Shown: positions 18,251-28,136 of the stretch, one piece after another
Layout: every line of letters begins with the position of its first letter
How positions within the stretch are numbered: position 1 is the stretch's first letter
From: a phage
Length of the DNA stretch: 64,000 nucleotides
NCBI GenBank assembly: GCA_025611195.1
Contig: GCA_025611195.1_4718.1
Strand: one strand, 5' to 3'
Made by a program: the position numbers and the translations under genes
Notes under the pieces: model-generated
Database searches by the model: none
Seen by the model: the letters and a program-made list of their open reading frames with translations, nothing else
What the model was told of the DNA's origin: nothing

Positions 18251-19861
18251 ATGGACCCAAAACAGATAGCCATTAAGATTATTACGTTACTGTTTCGTAA
18301 CGCACAATTGAACCATCCCGATCCCAGTACGATCGACCATGTTAAATCCGTCTTAGATAAAGTCGAACCCCCGAAAAACCATCTCGCTACGGACATAGAT
18401 AGAGAGGTTTTCAACAACCTGATGAATACCATTCATTGGATGCTGGAACAACCGTTATCGGAACCTTTCGACAAACAACAGTTGTTACAAAGGATACGTT
18501 TAGATTGCCTTGAGCAAAGCAATCTTTACGAGATTCTTGCCGACGGACTGTACGATATCGAAGACGATGCTCATATCAGTAAGGTCTGTTCGCTTTATTA
18601 CAACGAATTGCGTAACCTGGTTACCCGCCGTCGTGTTTTCGAAACCTTTAGAAACACGTACATGGATATCAGTAACGGGCGACTTGGGGATAAAGAATTT
18701 TTCGATGCGATGGCGAATTTGAAATTATCGCTTGATAGTATCGAAATGGATACCGAAAATCCCGAAGAGATGTCGTGTATGGTTGATGGCTTTATTGCCG
18801 ACAGCGAAGACGATATCGAGAAAGTCGAACGCATGTTCGTCAAAGCGATGGAACGTAACAGTCCTGAAGGTGGGTTTGTAACCGGCTGGCAAGGTTTTAA
18901 TAAAATGTTGGGGTCGGTCGGCGTTTTACGTCGCGGTACCTTAGGACTGATTGGTGCAATGCAGCACCGAAATAAATCGGGTGTGTTGTTAAAACTGTTC
19001 ACGCATCTGGCATTGTACAATAAACCTCATTTCTTTTTTCCGGAGCGAGCAAAGAAAGCATTACTGATTCATTTGTCAACAGAAAACGAAGTAGAAGAAA
19101 ACACGCTTCAGATATACAAGAACATGCGAGAACAGGAAACAGGCGAATATGTCGATATTCGTAAGATTGACCCTCGCGAGGCATCACGTTATGTGTTGAA
19201 GGTGTTCAACGATGCGGGTTTCTCTGTTTGTATGCGCCGTGTTGACGGGATGAGTTACAAACAACTCGCTAATCTCATCGACCATTTCGAACGCATGGGT
19301 TATGAGGTCATGGCGTTGTTCATTGACTATCTGAAAATGTTCTCATCGGAAGGGCTGGATAGAAATGGACCGACCGGCGCATGGCTACAAGAACTCTTCA
19401 ACAAAGTCCGTAACCTCTGCAGTGTTAAACGTATTTTAGGTATGACCGTACACCAGCTGTCATCCGACGCGAAGATGCGCGCACGTGATGGTAACGACGA
19501 AGAGTTTGTTGACCAGGTCGCAGGCTTAAGTTACTGGGATGGTTGTAAAGGGATTGACCGTGAGATCGATCTTGAAGTGATTGTTGATATCGTTAAGGAA
19601 CCGGGTAAACGTCAAAGCTGGCAAGTCTTTGCATTAGGGAAGGACCGTCAACCGGATAACGGTTCAACAAAACCTGAGGATAAACATTTCACAATGCCAT
19701 TCCAAACCATCGGGATGCTTCCTGATGATTACGGTAAGAAAGCAGTATACTGCCGTAAGGTTGGTGGACAACCGGTCTCCGAGGGAGGTAAAGGTCCGTG
19801 GAACAAATTCGATGAAAATGCAGCACCGAGTAATGAATTACAATTTGATTTAGAATTTTAA
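18251..19861 (+). CDS. DnaB-family (RecA-fold) replicative helicase homolog with atypical Walker A
   Basis: AAAGGA SD before ATG 18251 (track ORF starts 18167 and overlaps the divergent gene). Motifs: MALFIDYLKMF (Walker B-like), MTVHQLSSDAK (DnaB QLNR-like), GKDRQPDNG; P-loop position reads GAMQHRNKSG rather than GxxxxGK(S/T). Confidence 0.7.
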   Translation: MDPKQIAIKIITLLFRNAQLNHPDPSTIDHVKSVLDKVEPPKNHLATDIDREVFNNLMNTIHWMLEQPLSEPFDKQQLLQRIRLDCLEQSNLYEILADGLYDIEDDAHISKVCSLYYNELRNLVTRRRVFETFRNTYMDISNGRLGDKEFFDAMANLKLSLDSIEMDTENPEEMSCMVDGFIADSEDDIEKVERMFVKAMERNSPEGGFVTGWQGFNKMLGSVGVLRRGTLGLIGAMQHRNKSGVLLKLFTHLALYNKPHFFFPERAKKALLIHLSTENEVEENTLQIYKNMREQETGEYVDIRKIDPREASRYVLKVFNDAGFSVCMRRVDGMSYKQLANLIDHFERMGYEVMALFIDYLKMFSSEGLDRNGPTGAWLQELFNKVRNLCSVKRILGMTVHQLSSDAKMRARDGNDEEFVDQVAGLSYWDGCKGIDREIDLEVIVDIVKEPGKRQSWQVFALGKDRQPDNGSTKPEDKHFTMPFQTIGMLPDDYGKKAVYCRKVGGQPVSEGGKGPWNKFDENAAPSNELQFDLEF

Positions 19862-19887
19862 ACGCAAAAAAAAAAGATTGTACGGTT

Positions 19888-19919
19888 CCCTCCTCCAACC
19901 CGTAAGGGAAGGAGGAGGG
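19888..19919. terminator. GC-rich hairpin between convergent genes
   Basis: ccctcctcc-aa-ccc-gtaa-ggg-aa-ggaggaggg; A10 run 19866-19875 upstream; TATG 19921-19924. Confidence 0.6.
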
Positions 19920-19934
19920 TTATGACCGCGGTGG

Positions 19935-20261
19935 TTAACTTATCGTCATAAATTCGCTTGGTGAGAATTTCCAACCATTCTCATTGAGAAGTGTGTTGAG
20001 TTTCGCTGCGACGATAAGCCATGCATGCATAGCCGTTATGTCGTATTGGCGATTCACTCGACGTTGGTTTTCGATATTGATTTGCTCCTGTTCAGTGATG
20101 TTTGGATAGAGTGAGATAGCGCTGGGCTTACCCAACGCGCTAGTCATCACCGCAGTACATTCACTGATAATGTTGTTTAAGTGGTAGTTGTATACCGTTC
20201 CACGCATGACGCGATGACGGCATTCGATAATAGCGTCGTAAATGATTTCTCGAGTAATCAT
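19935..20261 (-). CDS. hypothetical small protein (108 aa)
   Basis: ORF between hairpin 19888-19919 and the next gene; weak SD. Confidence 0.55.
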   Translation of the reverse strand: MITREIIYDAIIECRHRVMRGTVYNYHLNNIISECTAVMTSALGKPSAISLYPNITEQEQINIENQRRVNRQYDITAMHAWLIVAAKLNTLLNENGWKFSPSEFMTIS

Positions 20262-20267
20262 GATAAC

Positions 20268-20669
20268 TTAAAACATACGTTCGTTTTTAGCACGTGCGGC
20301 CATTACCAGATCGTAGATACCCGCGGTTCGTAAACATTCGTCGTAGTAACGATGTGCGCCTTCCTCAGCCATCCATGATAACCCACGACTATCCGCAACA
20401 ATAACCAATTTGTTATTGTTGAATGCACACACAACACGGTAAGTCGCGTTGTTATTCGGATCGCGAGTGATCAGTTCATAGACACCGTTAACAGGTTTAC
20501 TGAATTCGCCATTTAACGGGACGAGTTCGGTAGTACCTTCAGCAAACGTTACGTTGATCGGAGAAGGATCTTTAGCGATAACAGTATATTCCACATTGTG
20601 TTCTTTACTGGTCATAATGCCGAAGTAAGAACTGATAGGAGAACGCGGTACACTAAGAATATTAAACAT
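20268..20669 (-). CDS. hypothetical small protein (133 aa)
   Basis: Track ORF extends to 20771; AGAGGA SD precedes in-frame ATG at 20669. Confidence 0.6.
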   Translation of the reverse strand: MFNILSVPRSPISSYFGIMTSKEHNVEYTVIAKDPSPINVTFAEGTTELVPLNGEFSKPVNGVYELITRDPNNNATYRVVCAFNNNKLVIVADSRGLSWMAEEGAHRYYDECLRTAGIYDLVMAARAKNERMF

Positions 20670-20739
20670 GAAAGTTGTCCTCTTAATTGGATATAAATTG
20701 TTGAGTTTGTGATTGGGAAATGAAAACGTTGTTTCGGTT

Positions 20740-21312
20740 TTAGACGATGAGTGACCAGGTGGTAAGCACACCGCTTGCGAATTCGAGCTTAAGACGTTTA
20801 CCGATAAGTTGTTGTTGAATCATCTTTTCAGTGATACGTCGATCTTGCTGAACCGCTTTATCAAACGCTTCTTTCGCTTCGGCTTGGTAGAAGTTCGTTT
20901 CTTCGTTGTCGTCGATCTCTTCGAGAGCGTCATCGTCGATGTCAGCAAGTTTCACTCGACCGTTTTCATCAGGTTGTTCTGCAGGCTCATTGTCATAAGG
21001 CGTGTCTTTTGTTGGTGCGACACGATGATGCAACTCGACCTGTGTTAACATGATCTCCATCTCACCATCGATAGGGATGATTTCATCGGCGCAGCCGTTT
21101 TCGGTCAGCTCTCGACTTTCCAGTAATGTCGTGGTGACAGAGAACACCTCTTCAACAGGAACCTCATCATCGTCGATAGTGTTAACCGTATTGCTGGTAA
21201 CTTCGGCAACGACCATCAAATCGAATGCGTGAGGATCACCTGGCATTTTGATTCCTGGAAGTTTGTTGAGGTACCAAGGATCGAGAATCATGATTTCTGG
21301 ATTAAACATCAT
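20740..21312 (-). CDS. hypothetical acidic protein (190 aa)
   Basis: GAAAGG SD before ATG 21312; Asp/Glu-rich. Confidence 0.65.
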   Translation of the reverse strand: MMFNPEIMILDPWYLNKLPGIKMPGDPHAFDLMVVAEVTSNTVNTIDDDEVPVEEVFSVTTTLLESRELTENGCADEIIPIDGEMEIMLTQVELHHRVAPTKDTPYDNEPAEQPDENGRVKLADIDDDALEEIDDNEETNFYQAEAKEAFDKAVQQDRRITEKMIQQQLIGKRLKLEFASGVLTTWSLIV

Positions 21313-21383
21313 TTTACCTTTCTATGTTAGGTGGATTGCGGATAGAAGAATCAATGCATAAACTAATTTAAGTTTGTTAAGGT

Positions 21384-22286
21384 TTACTTAGCCTTTGAGT
21401 TATGCGGACTAACATGCTGTTGTACTCGTTGGATTGTATCGTAGTACGGGTTAGATTGGTTGAACATGTTGTTGTGTGGGGGATAGCCATATGGCGCATT
21501 TTGCCTTGTTGGTGAGAAACCTTGTTGAGAAGGACGGTTTGAATTAACCGCGAGTACGTAGTAAACCAAATTTTGACGGTCGAATGTTCCTTCGTTTTTG
21601 AAAGTGTCGGCGTAGGCTTTTACCGCTGGAGTGAGCCTATCACCATCGGCTGTAATAATTGTACCGTCTGGGTAAACTTCCCGAACGACGCACCATGTTC
21701 CGATGAGAACATCTTTAGGTGCTGTATTACCATATCCGGTTGTAACGGTAAGGTAAGTATCGAACCCTTCAGAACAACAAGGATGACGATAGATGGGTCC
21801 TGTCATTTCCGTTCTATCGGTATCGCTACATTGTTCTATTGAGAGCGATGATGTGTCGGTTTTGAAATTGTCAAATTCTTTCTTTAAGTCGATTACGGGT
21901 TCTTTCGTATAGTACTTCTTGATTGCTTTGACGTAAAGATCAGGAACGGTTGTCAGCAATCCGTTATACCTGATTCTCAGGTTTTCGAGTAATCCAAAGA
22001 TGCTCGCGCATGCCTGTTCGCGAGGTTTTGTAAGATAAGAGATCCCCTCAGGAACGCTGGGATCTTTGAGAAAGAAGATTGCGTTATTGTCGTTGTGCGA
22101 TGCGTTGAAGAAAACGATTGATTCGATATATACGGAGCATAGGCTGTCATTGGCGTCGTCAGATAACACCCAGATGCACTCATCGGTCGTCTTGTTTAAA
22201 AGTTCTGTTTTGTCGACCAAACGTTGTTTCATTGCGAGGAAATGTGCCTGTTGTTCAGCAGTTAATTCACGATAAATAGTGGTCAT
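21384..22286 (-). CDS. hypothetical protein, Cys-containing paralog of 22372-23145
   Basis: AAGGAG SD before ATG 22286 (track start 22364). Shares (G/K)PIY(R/I)HP(C/E)C...YL(T/T)(V/I)T.G...REVYPDG(T/R)I with the upstream gene. Confidence 0.7.
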   Translation of the reverse strand: MTTIYRELTAEQQAHFLAMKQRLVDKTELLNKTTDECIWVLSDDANDSLCSVYIESIVFFNASHNDNNAIFFLKDPSVPEGISYLTKPREQACASIFGLLENLRIRYNGLLTTVPDLYVKAIKKYYTKEPVIDLKKEFDNFKTDTSSLSIEQCSDTDRTEMTGPIYRHPCCSEGFDTYLTVTTGYGNTAPKDVLIGTWCVVREVYPDGTIITADGDRLTPAVKAYADTFKNEGTFDRQNLVYYVLAVNSNRPSQQGFSPTRQNAPYGYPPHNNMFNQSNPYYDTIQRVQQHVSPHNSKAK

Positions 22287-22331
22287 GTTGGGCTCCTTGA
22301 TTACGATAAGGATGATTGCGGTTTTGTGGGT

Positions 22332-22364
22332 TTGGTAGGGCCCTAAACAAAGGAACCCTACCAA
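22332..22364. terminator. hairpin between the two Cys-containing paralogs
   Basis: ttggtaggg-(15-nt loop)-ccctaccaa, 9-bp stem. Confidence 0.4.
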
Positions 22365-22371
22365 TATTAGG

Positions 22372-23145
22372 TTAATCAGGATCGGCGTAGAAATGGTGAG
22401 GATAGCCGGAGTACGATCCTGCGTTACCGGCTATGGATTCTTTCTGGGAATCGACGACGAGCGCATAGAACTGTCGGGAATTTGTTAGCGTTGAGAAATA
22501 AGCGGAAAGGACTTTTTCATTCAATGCATCACAAGGTAGGCAGGTGCGACCGCAAAACGTCACGATACGGCCGTCAGGATAGATCTCACGAATCATTCTC
22601 CACTCACCGATATCCACTGGTGATGGCGCTGCTACACCACCTGTTATCGTTAAGTAACGATCGTACGTGGTATGGCATTCAGGATGAATATAGATCGGCT
22701 TGTTCGTTTCGACAGGTTCCGAAGTATCTCGACGACTAAGAAGCTCAACGACTTCAAGATAAATCGTTGGTAGATCGCGGAGAATACCGGTGCTACGACG
22801 TTTCTTTGTGATTCGCGGACGAATCTCGTTGAGAGCGTATTCGAGCTTACGTTCAGCTTCGTACGCATCGAGTTTTATCAAGCGACCCGGTTCATCGGAA
22901 TGATCCTGAGTTACGTAAACGAAATACGTGTCGCCTTTTGCAGCGTGAAAGATTCGAGCGACCTTAAATGTTTCTACGGTACGATAACCAAGGCGCGATT
23001 GATTTTCCACAGGAGAAAATATCCAATGCCGTCCTTCGTCAGCCTCAACAATTTCGTTGAAACTATCTGTCTGTTCTGGGACCTGGTAGTCAGCCAGTAA
23101 TGTGTCGAGAGCATCATCAGCCAGTTTGATGTAAATATCTGTCAT
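22372..23145 (-). CDS. hypothetical protein, Cys-containing paralog of 21384-22286
   Basis: GAGGA SD before ATG 23145; C-terminal KPIYIHPECHTTYDRYLTITGG...IREIYPDGRIVTFCGRTCLPC. Confidence 0.75.
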   Translation of the reverse strand: MTDIYIKLADDALDTLLADYQVPEQTDSFNEIVEADEGRHWIFSPVENQSRLGYRTVETFKVARIFHAAKGDTYFVYVTQDHSDEPGRLIKLDAYEAERKLEYALNEIRPRITKKRRSTGILRDLPTIYLEVVELLSRRDTSEPVETNKPIYIHPECHTTYDRYLTITGGVAAPSPVDIGEWRMIREIYPDGRIVTFCGRTCLPCDALNEKVLSAYFSTLTNSRQFYALVVDSQKESIAGNAGSYSGYPHHFYADPD

Positions 23146-23178
23146 GTTTGTATCCTCGGTTATTAAGAGAAATTTACA

Positions 23179-23204
23179 GTGATAACAGTAAGCGTTGTTA
23201 TCAC
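23179..23204 (-). promoter_or_regulatory. hairpin overlapping the 3' end of motif copy A
   Basis: gtgataaca-gtaagcgt-tgttatcac, 9-bp stem. Confidence 0.4.
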
Positions 23205-23230
23205 CTAGGTAATATAGTCGCGAAATAAAC
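23199..23230 (-). promoter_or_regulatory. conserved promoter-like motif, copy A (contains TATATTAC on minus strand)
   Basis: Minus strand reads AGTTTATTTCGCGACTATATTACCTAGGTGATAA; about 65 nt upstream of ATG 23145. Confidence 0.5.
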
Positions 23231-23259
23231 TGGAGTAATGCGCTTAAGACAGCATAAAC

Positions 23260-23291
23260 CCCTCTCCCAACCCGTCAGGGAAGGGAGAGGG
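23260..23291. terminator. GC-rich hairpin (CCCTCTCCC family)
   Basis: ccctctccc-aa-ccc-gtca-ggg-aa-gggagaggg; immediately after the stop of 23296-24663. Confidence 0.6.
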
Positions 23292-23295
23292 AATA

Positions 23296-24663
23296 TTAAA
23301 CGGTTGGACGAACGGTATTGTCTTTTTCTGGTGCGATCCATAACGTGACCGTACCATGGCATGTCCACTGTGGTTCACGTACAGAAGAACCCGCCATCGT
23401 TACAGCGCAATCGGTACGCATGATGACCCCATATGCTTCGCAGAGGTTGTTATCCTGCATCCACACAACTTTAGCGGGCATACCGGGATACAACAGATCC
23501 ATGTTTGCGTATTCCCACACCAACTGCATTGTTCTACCGCGTAATCCAGCAGTATTGCTTATTTCACGCCATCGGTTATCGGTTACGCGTCCCATCCCTT
23601 TCGCCACCTTCACGTTATCGCTACGCTCTTCAGTTACGTACTCGCTAACGTTTACGGTACGACTGATTATGGTATCGCCCCCCTTTGATAATGTCATCCC
23701 CTGACTCATCTGACTTGCCGAAACAAAACGCCCACCCGCATTACCTAACAACGAAGCCGCGTTATTGACGTCGCTTACCGACGCCCCTCTCGTACATGCA
23801 ATTTCCACGTATTTGTCGCGATTGATCCAGGTCTTGTCCATACCCGGAAACATATCGGCAGGATAGTTGTAAAAGATAGCTGTACGTCGACCGTCAGAGA
23901 AACGGGTTTCGTCGTATAAGGGGTAGATATACAGATACGGGGATTGATAATAACAACCGACATCTGCTGAATAAATACCAACCTGGTTCTGGATTTTATC
24001 TACGAGATCCATCGCATTGGTACCGTGTGGAAGAATAAGCAACTTGAATGGGTTGTCGTTATTCGGTGCAACGATATCCACACCCTGCATTTTGAATCCG
24101 GTGTCAGCTTCAACCGCAGAAAGTATCTTGCTGAATTCAAGGCGCAACACATCCAGCACTTTCGATCCAGTATAGTTCTCACCGGTTTCTGATTGCATGA
24201 AGCTTTCAAGAACAGGATCGAACAGTTGAAATTGAAGATCGACCATTTGTTCGTAGTCTTTCTTCGAAGAATCGGTTGCGGTACGTTCGTCGGTAGCAGA
24301 CATACGACTGTCTACGGTTGTTAAACAGACCGCCCGGTAGACATAAGCCTGTGCGGCATCGTCTACGGTTTGGCGTTGTCCGCGCATCAGGCTGTACGCC
24401 TGCACGATGATGCGCATTTTAAGTTGTTGTTGGTACGGTAGAATGTATTTTCCGTAACTGCCTGGTGGAAACTTTACAGAGATATAAAGTTCATCCCCTG
24501 CGTTACGTTCATAGTCTCGATACGTGTGGACTTGAGTCACTAAAGGAACAGACACCGTCATTGACGGCGTGATTAATTCCGCGGTGACTTTATACGCAAC
24601 AGCAACAGCTTCCTGCGCAAACGTACCGATATACCGTCCTAACGGCGTCTGTTTGTAATCCAT
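23296..24663 (-). CDS. hypothetical protein (455 aa), first visible gene of a six-gene operon, possibly structural
   Basis: Long ORF; 3-nt gap to the next gene; no catalytic motif. Confidence 0.8.
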   Translation of the reverse strand: MDYKQTPLGRYIGTFAQEAVAVAYKVTAELITPSMTVSVPLVTQVHTYRDYERNAGDELYISVKFPPGSYGKYILPYQQQLKMRIIVQAYSLMRGQRQTVDDAAQAYVYRAVCLTTVDSRMSATDERTATDSSKKDYEQMVDLQFQLFDPVLESFMQSETGENYTGSKVLDVLRLEFSKILSAVEADTGFKMQGVDIVAPNNDNPFKLLILPHGTNAMDLVDKIQNQVGIYSADVGCYYQSPYLYIYPLYDETRFSDGRRTAIFYNYPADMFPGMDKTWINRDKYVEIACTRGASVSDVNNAASLLGNAGGRFVSASQMSQGMTLSKGGDTIISRTVNVSEYVTEERSDNVKVAKGMGRVTDNRWREISNTAGLRGRTMQLVWEYANMDLLYPGMPAKVVWMQDNNLCEAYGVIMRTDCAVTMAGSSVREPQWTCHGTVTLWIAPEKDNTVRPTV

Positions 24664-24665
24664 GT

Positions 24666-25271
24666 TTAACGACCCCGTTGCTGTTGTTGAATGATGAATT
24701 CTTCGATCTTCGTGCCACGGAATTCGCTGTGACGAACTGCTTGCAGCTGCTCTTCAACGGTTGGACCAGCGTGGAGACCACCACGACGTGCACGGTTGAT
24801 GCCGATGCGACGACGTTGACCGATTTCACGCAAACGTGAAGATAATCCGCTCATTTCGGTTGGGTCTTTAATACGACCGCGTGCAACGTTCCACAGACCA
24901 CCCATGAACTCTTCGAGAATACGACTGGCTTCGAGAGATGGTACGCGTGCGTTAGGATCGTTTTCGAGATTGTATTTAACGTATTCCGTGTGTTCCAGAA
25001 GAAGCATGAACATCTTCATGGCGTTCACGTCAGGATTTGCAATACGCATAGGGACACCACGAGAATGCTTCTCAGCAGCCTGCGGTACGGTGAGCTGTGC
25101 GGGCACCTCTTCGTTCATGGTCATATCGTCGATTTCTGCAACCCCTGAAGAGTAGACACCGCTGACCTCATTGGTGTAATTGTCCACCATGAATTTACGG
25201 GGAATCCAGAATTCGAATTTACGTTCAAATAGACGTTTGGTTGGAGTATCTTTAACGTGTTGTAGACTCAT
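24666..25271 (-). CDS. hypothetical protein (201 aa)
   Basis: 4-nt overlap with the upstream gene (translational coupling). Confidence 0.7.
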   Translation of the reverse strand: MSLQHVKDTPTKRLFERKFEFWIPRKFMVDNYTNEVSGVYSSGVAEIDDMTMNEEVPAQLTVPQAAEKHSRGVPMRIANPDVNAMKMFMLLLEHTEYVKYNLENDPNARVPSLEASRILEEFMGGLWNVARGRIKDPTEMSGLSSRLREIGQRRRIGINRARRGGLHAGPTVEEQLQAVRHSEFRGTKIEEFIIQQQQRGR

Positions 25272-26584
25272 GGCTCAATAGCTCCTGCTCGTAACAGCAT
25301 AATAACGAACGGTGTGAAATAATAACGGTCCAGCGGAGAAAGCAACGGTAATGCGTCAACCATCTGTTTCAGTGCTGGGTGACTGATCGCTTTCTCATCG
25401 ACCATATCACGCACCATACTCTCAATGATTGTCATTGGGGCTTGGTTGCGATAGAAAGCCTCTGTGAAAACATAGTACGGATCGTCTGCTACCGATGGAA
25501 ATAACGGAACGTCGTCATACTCCATCGATGTATGATTGGTCACCAATGGGTTTGTCGGCGGTGTGTTTTCAGGCACAGCCAACTCTTTACCTACGTCTTC
25601 ACCGAGCGACGTGGTCGCAGGCCACATACAGAATCGCGCCCCGCTAAAACGAATCCCACCTGCAGCTGGGTACTGATAGAAACGCTTTGTTGACAACAGT
25701 GTGAATTTCACCGTCAACCGCGCCTCGTCTTCCCGACGTCCGTCCATGACCCATTCAAAGACAGAAATCGCGTTCGCTTCCTGGCTATCATCTACATTAA
25801 GACGTCCGAAGTTCCATGAGGGTTTTCCTTCAAGCGACGACCATAATTTCGTAAACGCGTTAACACACCAGGGGTCGTAGGTTGCAGCATCTTGACCAGG
25901 AACAAGCAGCGTGTTTAATTCACGGCTGTAAAATTCGTGGTAATACGCGTGACAAAGTCCCAGCGCACGACGGAGATAATCATACTTACGATTGTATTTC
26001 TCCGTTGCCATTACGGGATGTTTTCCGTGCTTTAACTGGTCTTGGTCGTACAGTGTATCCTCAACGATTTTCGCTTCCAGTTCGATAAGCTGTTTTTCGT
26101 CAAGAATACGCTGGAAGGAAATATCGCATTCGTAAGCCGGTGCTAAGCTGATGTTCTTCGGTGTGATTCTGGTGATAGTGTACACCGCGATACGATGATC
26201 GAGACCGGAGATTAACAGCATGTTACCTAAAAGAGGAACCGATACTGCCGGAAGTATACACGTACCCTCGGATTGAAAACGTGCGGTACCGTTGTCGTAC
26301 GACGGCGTCAATGACGACATTAACTTGATAGGGTAATGTCTGATACGACGGTACTGTTGTTCGGCGATATCGCGGTTAGCTTGAAAACTGCTTTGTTCAT
26401 CATCACGACCGAGAATCTGTTCGTAATAATCACATTCTACGGAATAACCGGATGCGTAATTCACCAGTCCGATTTGACTATTGTATTGCTCATCCACCAC
26501 CGCAGAACGATAAACATCGTCGCGAGCCTTCGCAGGCTGTTGGGGGTTGATGATGGGTTTCGCGGGCTTCTTAGCGAGCGCCAT
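25268..26584 (-). CDS. hypothetical protein (438 aa)
   Basis: GGAG SD before ATG 26584; overlaps neighbours by a few nt. Confidence 0.8.
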   Translation of the reverse strand: MALAKKPAKPIINPQQPAKARDDVYRSAVVDEQYNSQIGLVNYASGYSVECDYYEQILGRDDEQSSFQANRDIAEQQYRRIRHYPIKLMSSLTPSYDNGTARFQSEGTCILPAVSVPLLGNMLLISGLDHRIAVYTITRITPKNISLAPAYECDISFQRILDEKQLIELEAKIVEDTLYDQDQLKHGKHPVMATEKYNRKYDYLRRALGLCHAYYHEFYSRELNTLLVPGQDAATYDPWCVNAFTKLWSSLEGKPSWNFGRLNVDDSQEANAISVFEWVMDGRREDEARLTVKFTLLSTKRFYQYPAAGGIRFSGARFCMWPATTSLGEDVGKELAVPENTPPTNPLVTNHTSMEYDDVPLFPSVADDPYYVFTEAFYRNQAPMTIIESMVRDMVDEKAISHPALKQMVDALPLLSPLDRYYFTPFVIMLLRAGAIEP

Positions 26585-28136
26585 AGCGTTTCACTCCTAC
26601 GATGGTACCGACAAGAATTCTCGGTACGAATAAACTACGATGTTTGAACCATGAAGCGGTTGTTGGGATACGTTTGATGGCTTCGATAAGCCCGATTAGC
26701 GTATAACATCCCCGGCTGTTCTTCTTAGGCCAGTACTTTTTATCTAAACCTAATACCGCAAACAGTTCATCCACCAGATTGGGATAACAACACAACGCTT
26801 CAAGCGTCTCAACCTGTAACTGACTTAAATCTAACAGTATCGCCAGACGAACGTGGTAATCACTCCGTAAGTCTAACTGATCTTTCGCTTCAAGATCACC
26901 AACGTCGGTTAATGTCCACGCGTCTCTTGCGTAGCGGTATTTACCCTTCCAAACCTCAAGGAAAAAAGGAGATTGGTAATGGCATTTTGACCATTCTGGG
27001 TACTCGCGGAACCACCGAACAAGATCGGGATGGAATTCACCTTCTTCGGCTAACGCGTCCAACGTCACCAACAGGTTAGGTTGTTCAGGATCGATAGCGA
27101 GTAGCGCGGTGAAAAGCGTGCTTGATGGAAGCTCGGTCTCCACGCTCGATGGTGGCAGCCATTCATCCAAATCGGGATACCGATACGCTTGAATCGATGC
27201 ACCCTGTTCCGGCAAGAACGAATCACGAAGAATGTCCTGATACTGCACCACCATACCACCACGACGTGCACGGGATTTATCACGCACCGAGAGGCTCGGT
27301 TTGTAAAGGTACTCTTCGGGGAGTATCTGTTGGTGTACTTGAACCGGATACCGTGCTACGATGTGTGTTGGTGTGTCGTACGTGTAACGGTAAGAGAATG
27401 TAGCGTTGTACGAAGAACTGTTCTCATTCTTCTCTGGCTTCGGAGCGTCAGTGAAATCAAATTGACCAGAGATCTCTTCTTGCATTTCCCTGATAACCAA
27501 TTTAACGCTCTTACCGTCACCTGCGACTGTCGTCATGGTGGTTGCACGGTTGTCGAACCCGTCTCTAAGGTATTCGCTGAACTTATCCTTGTAACCCGCT
27601 ATTGCTTCTCGGTGTGTGTGAATAACTTTTAACAGCATGAGAAACTGTGTAGGGATCGCATAGCTGTATTCAGCACTGAGAAACGCGGCAACATGCTGAC
27701 TTGTGAGCAAACGTTTCATGTCGTACCACCAACGTTCGGCGGTGACCTGATCCTCGAACCGTTTGGTGATCTGCATGGTCGCAACCATCGTACTGTAAAC
27801 AGGTACTAGCGATACGCCAAGGTTACGGTCTTCAAATACTGGAAGACTGTTTCGTTTGTAAACGGTATCGTACATGGACGCCTGTTCTTCAGGAACAACG
27901 TTAAGCTCGATTTGGATAAACCCGTCAGCAGGCCCTTTTACATCCTGATCAACAACTTGCGGCGGTTGCTCGTTCGCAGCGCTCATTTTAGCGTGAAGAG
28001 CTTCCCCTCGAAAAAGAATATTCTCGCGATTGTAATCCCACCCGCAAAGCTCGCTGATCTGCCGTAATACCGCGATTGCAACTGGACGTGTTACCGTCGC
28101 GTATACGTCATTGATTTTTCGATCAAGTTTAGGCAT
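26571..28136 (-). CDS. hypothetical protein (about 521 aa)
   Basis: Track start GTG 28163; GAGGA SD then ATG 28136, overlapping the stop of the upstream gene (ATGCCTAA). Confidence 0.8.
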   Translation of the reverse strand: MPKLDRKINDVYATVTRPVAIAVLRQISELCGWDYNRENILFRGEALHAKMSAANEQPPQVVDQDVKGPADGFIQIELNVVPEEQASMYDTVYKRNSLPVFEDRNLGVSLVPVYSTMVATMQITKRFEDQVTAERWWYDMKRLLTSQHVAAFLSAEYSYAIPTQFLMLLKVIHTHREAIAGYKDKFSEYLRDGFDNRATTMTTVAGDGKSVKLVIREMQEEISGQFDFTDAPKPEKNENSSSYNATFSYRYTYDTPTHIVARYPVQVHQQILPEEYLYKPSLSVRDKSRARRGGMVVQYQDILRDSFLPEQGASIQAYRYPDLDEWLPPSSVETELPSSTLFTALLAIDPEQPNLLVTLDALAEEGEFHPDLVRWFREYPEWSKCHYQSPFFLEVWKGKYRYARDAWTLTDVGDLEAKDQLDLRSDYHVRLAILLDLSQLQVETLEALCCYPNLVDELFAVLGLDKKYWPKKNSRGCYTLIGLIEAIKRIPTTASWFKHRSLFVPRILVGTIVGVKRYGAR

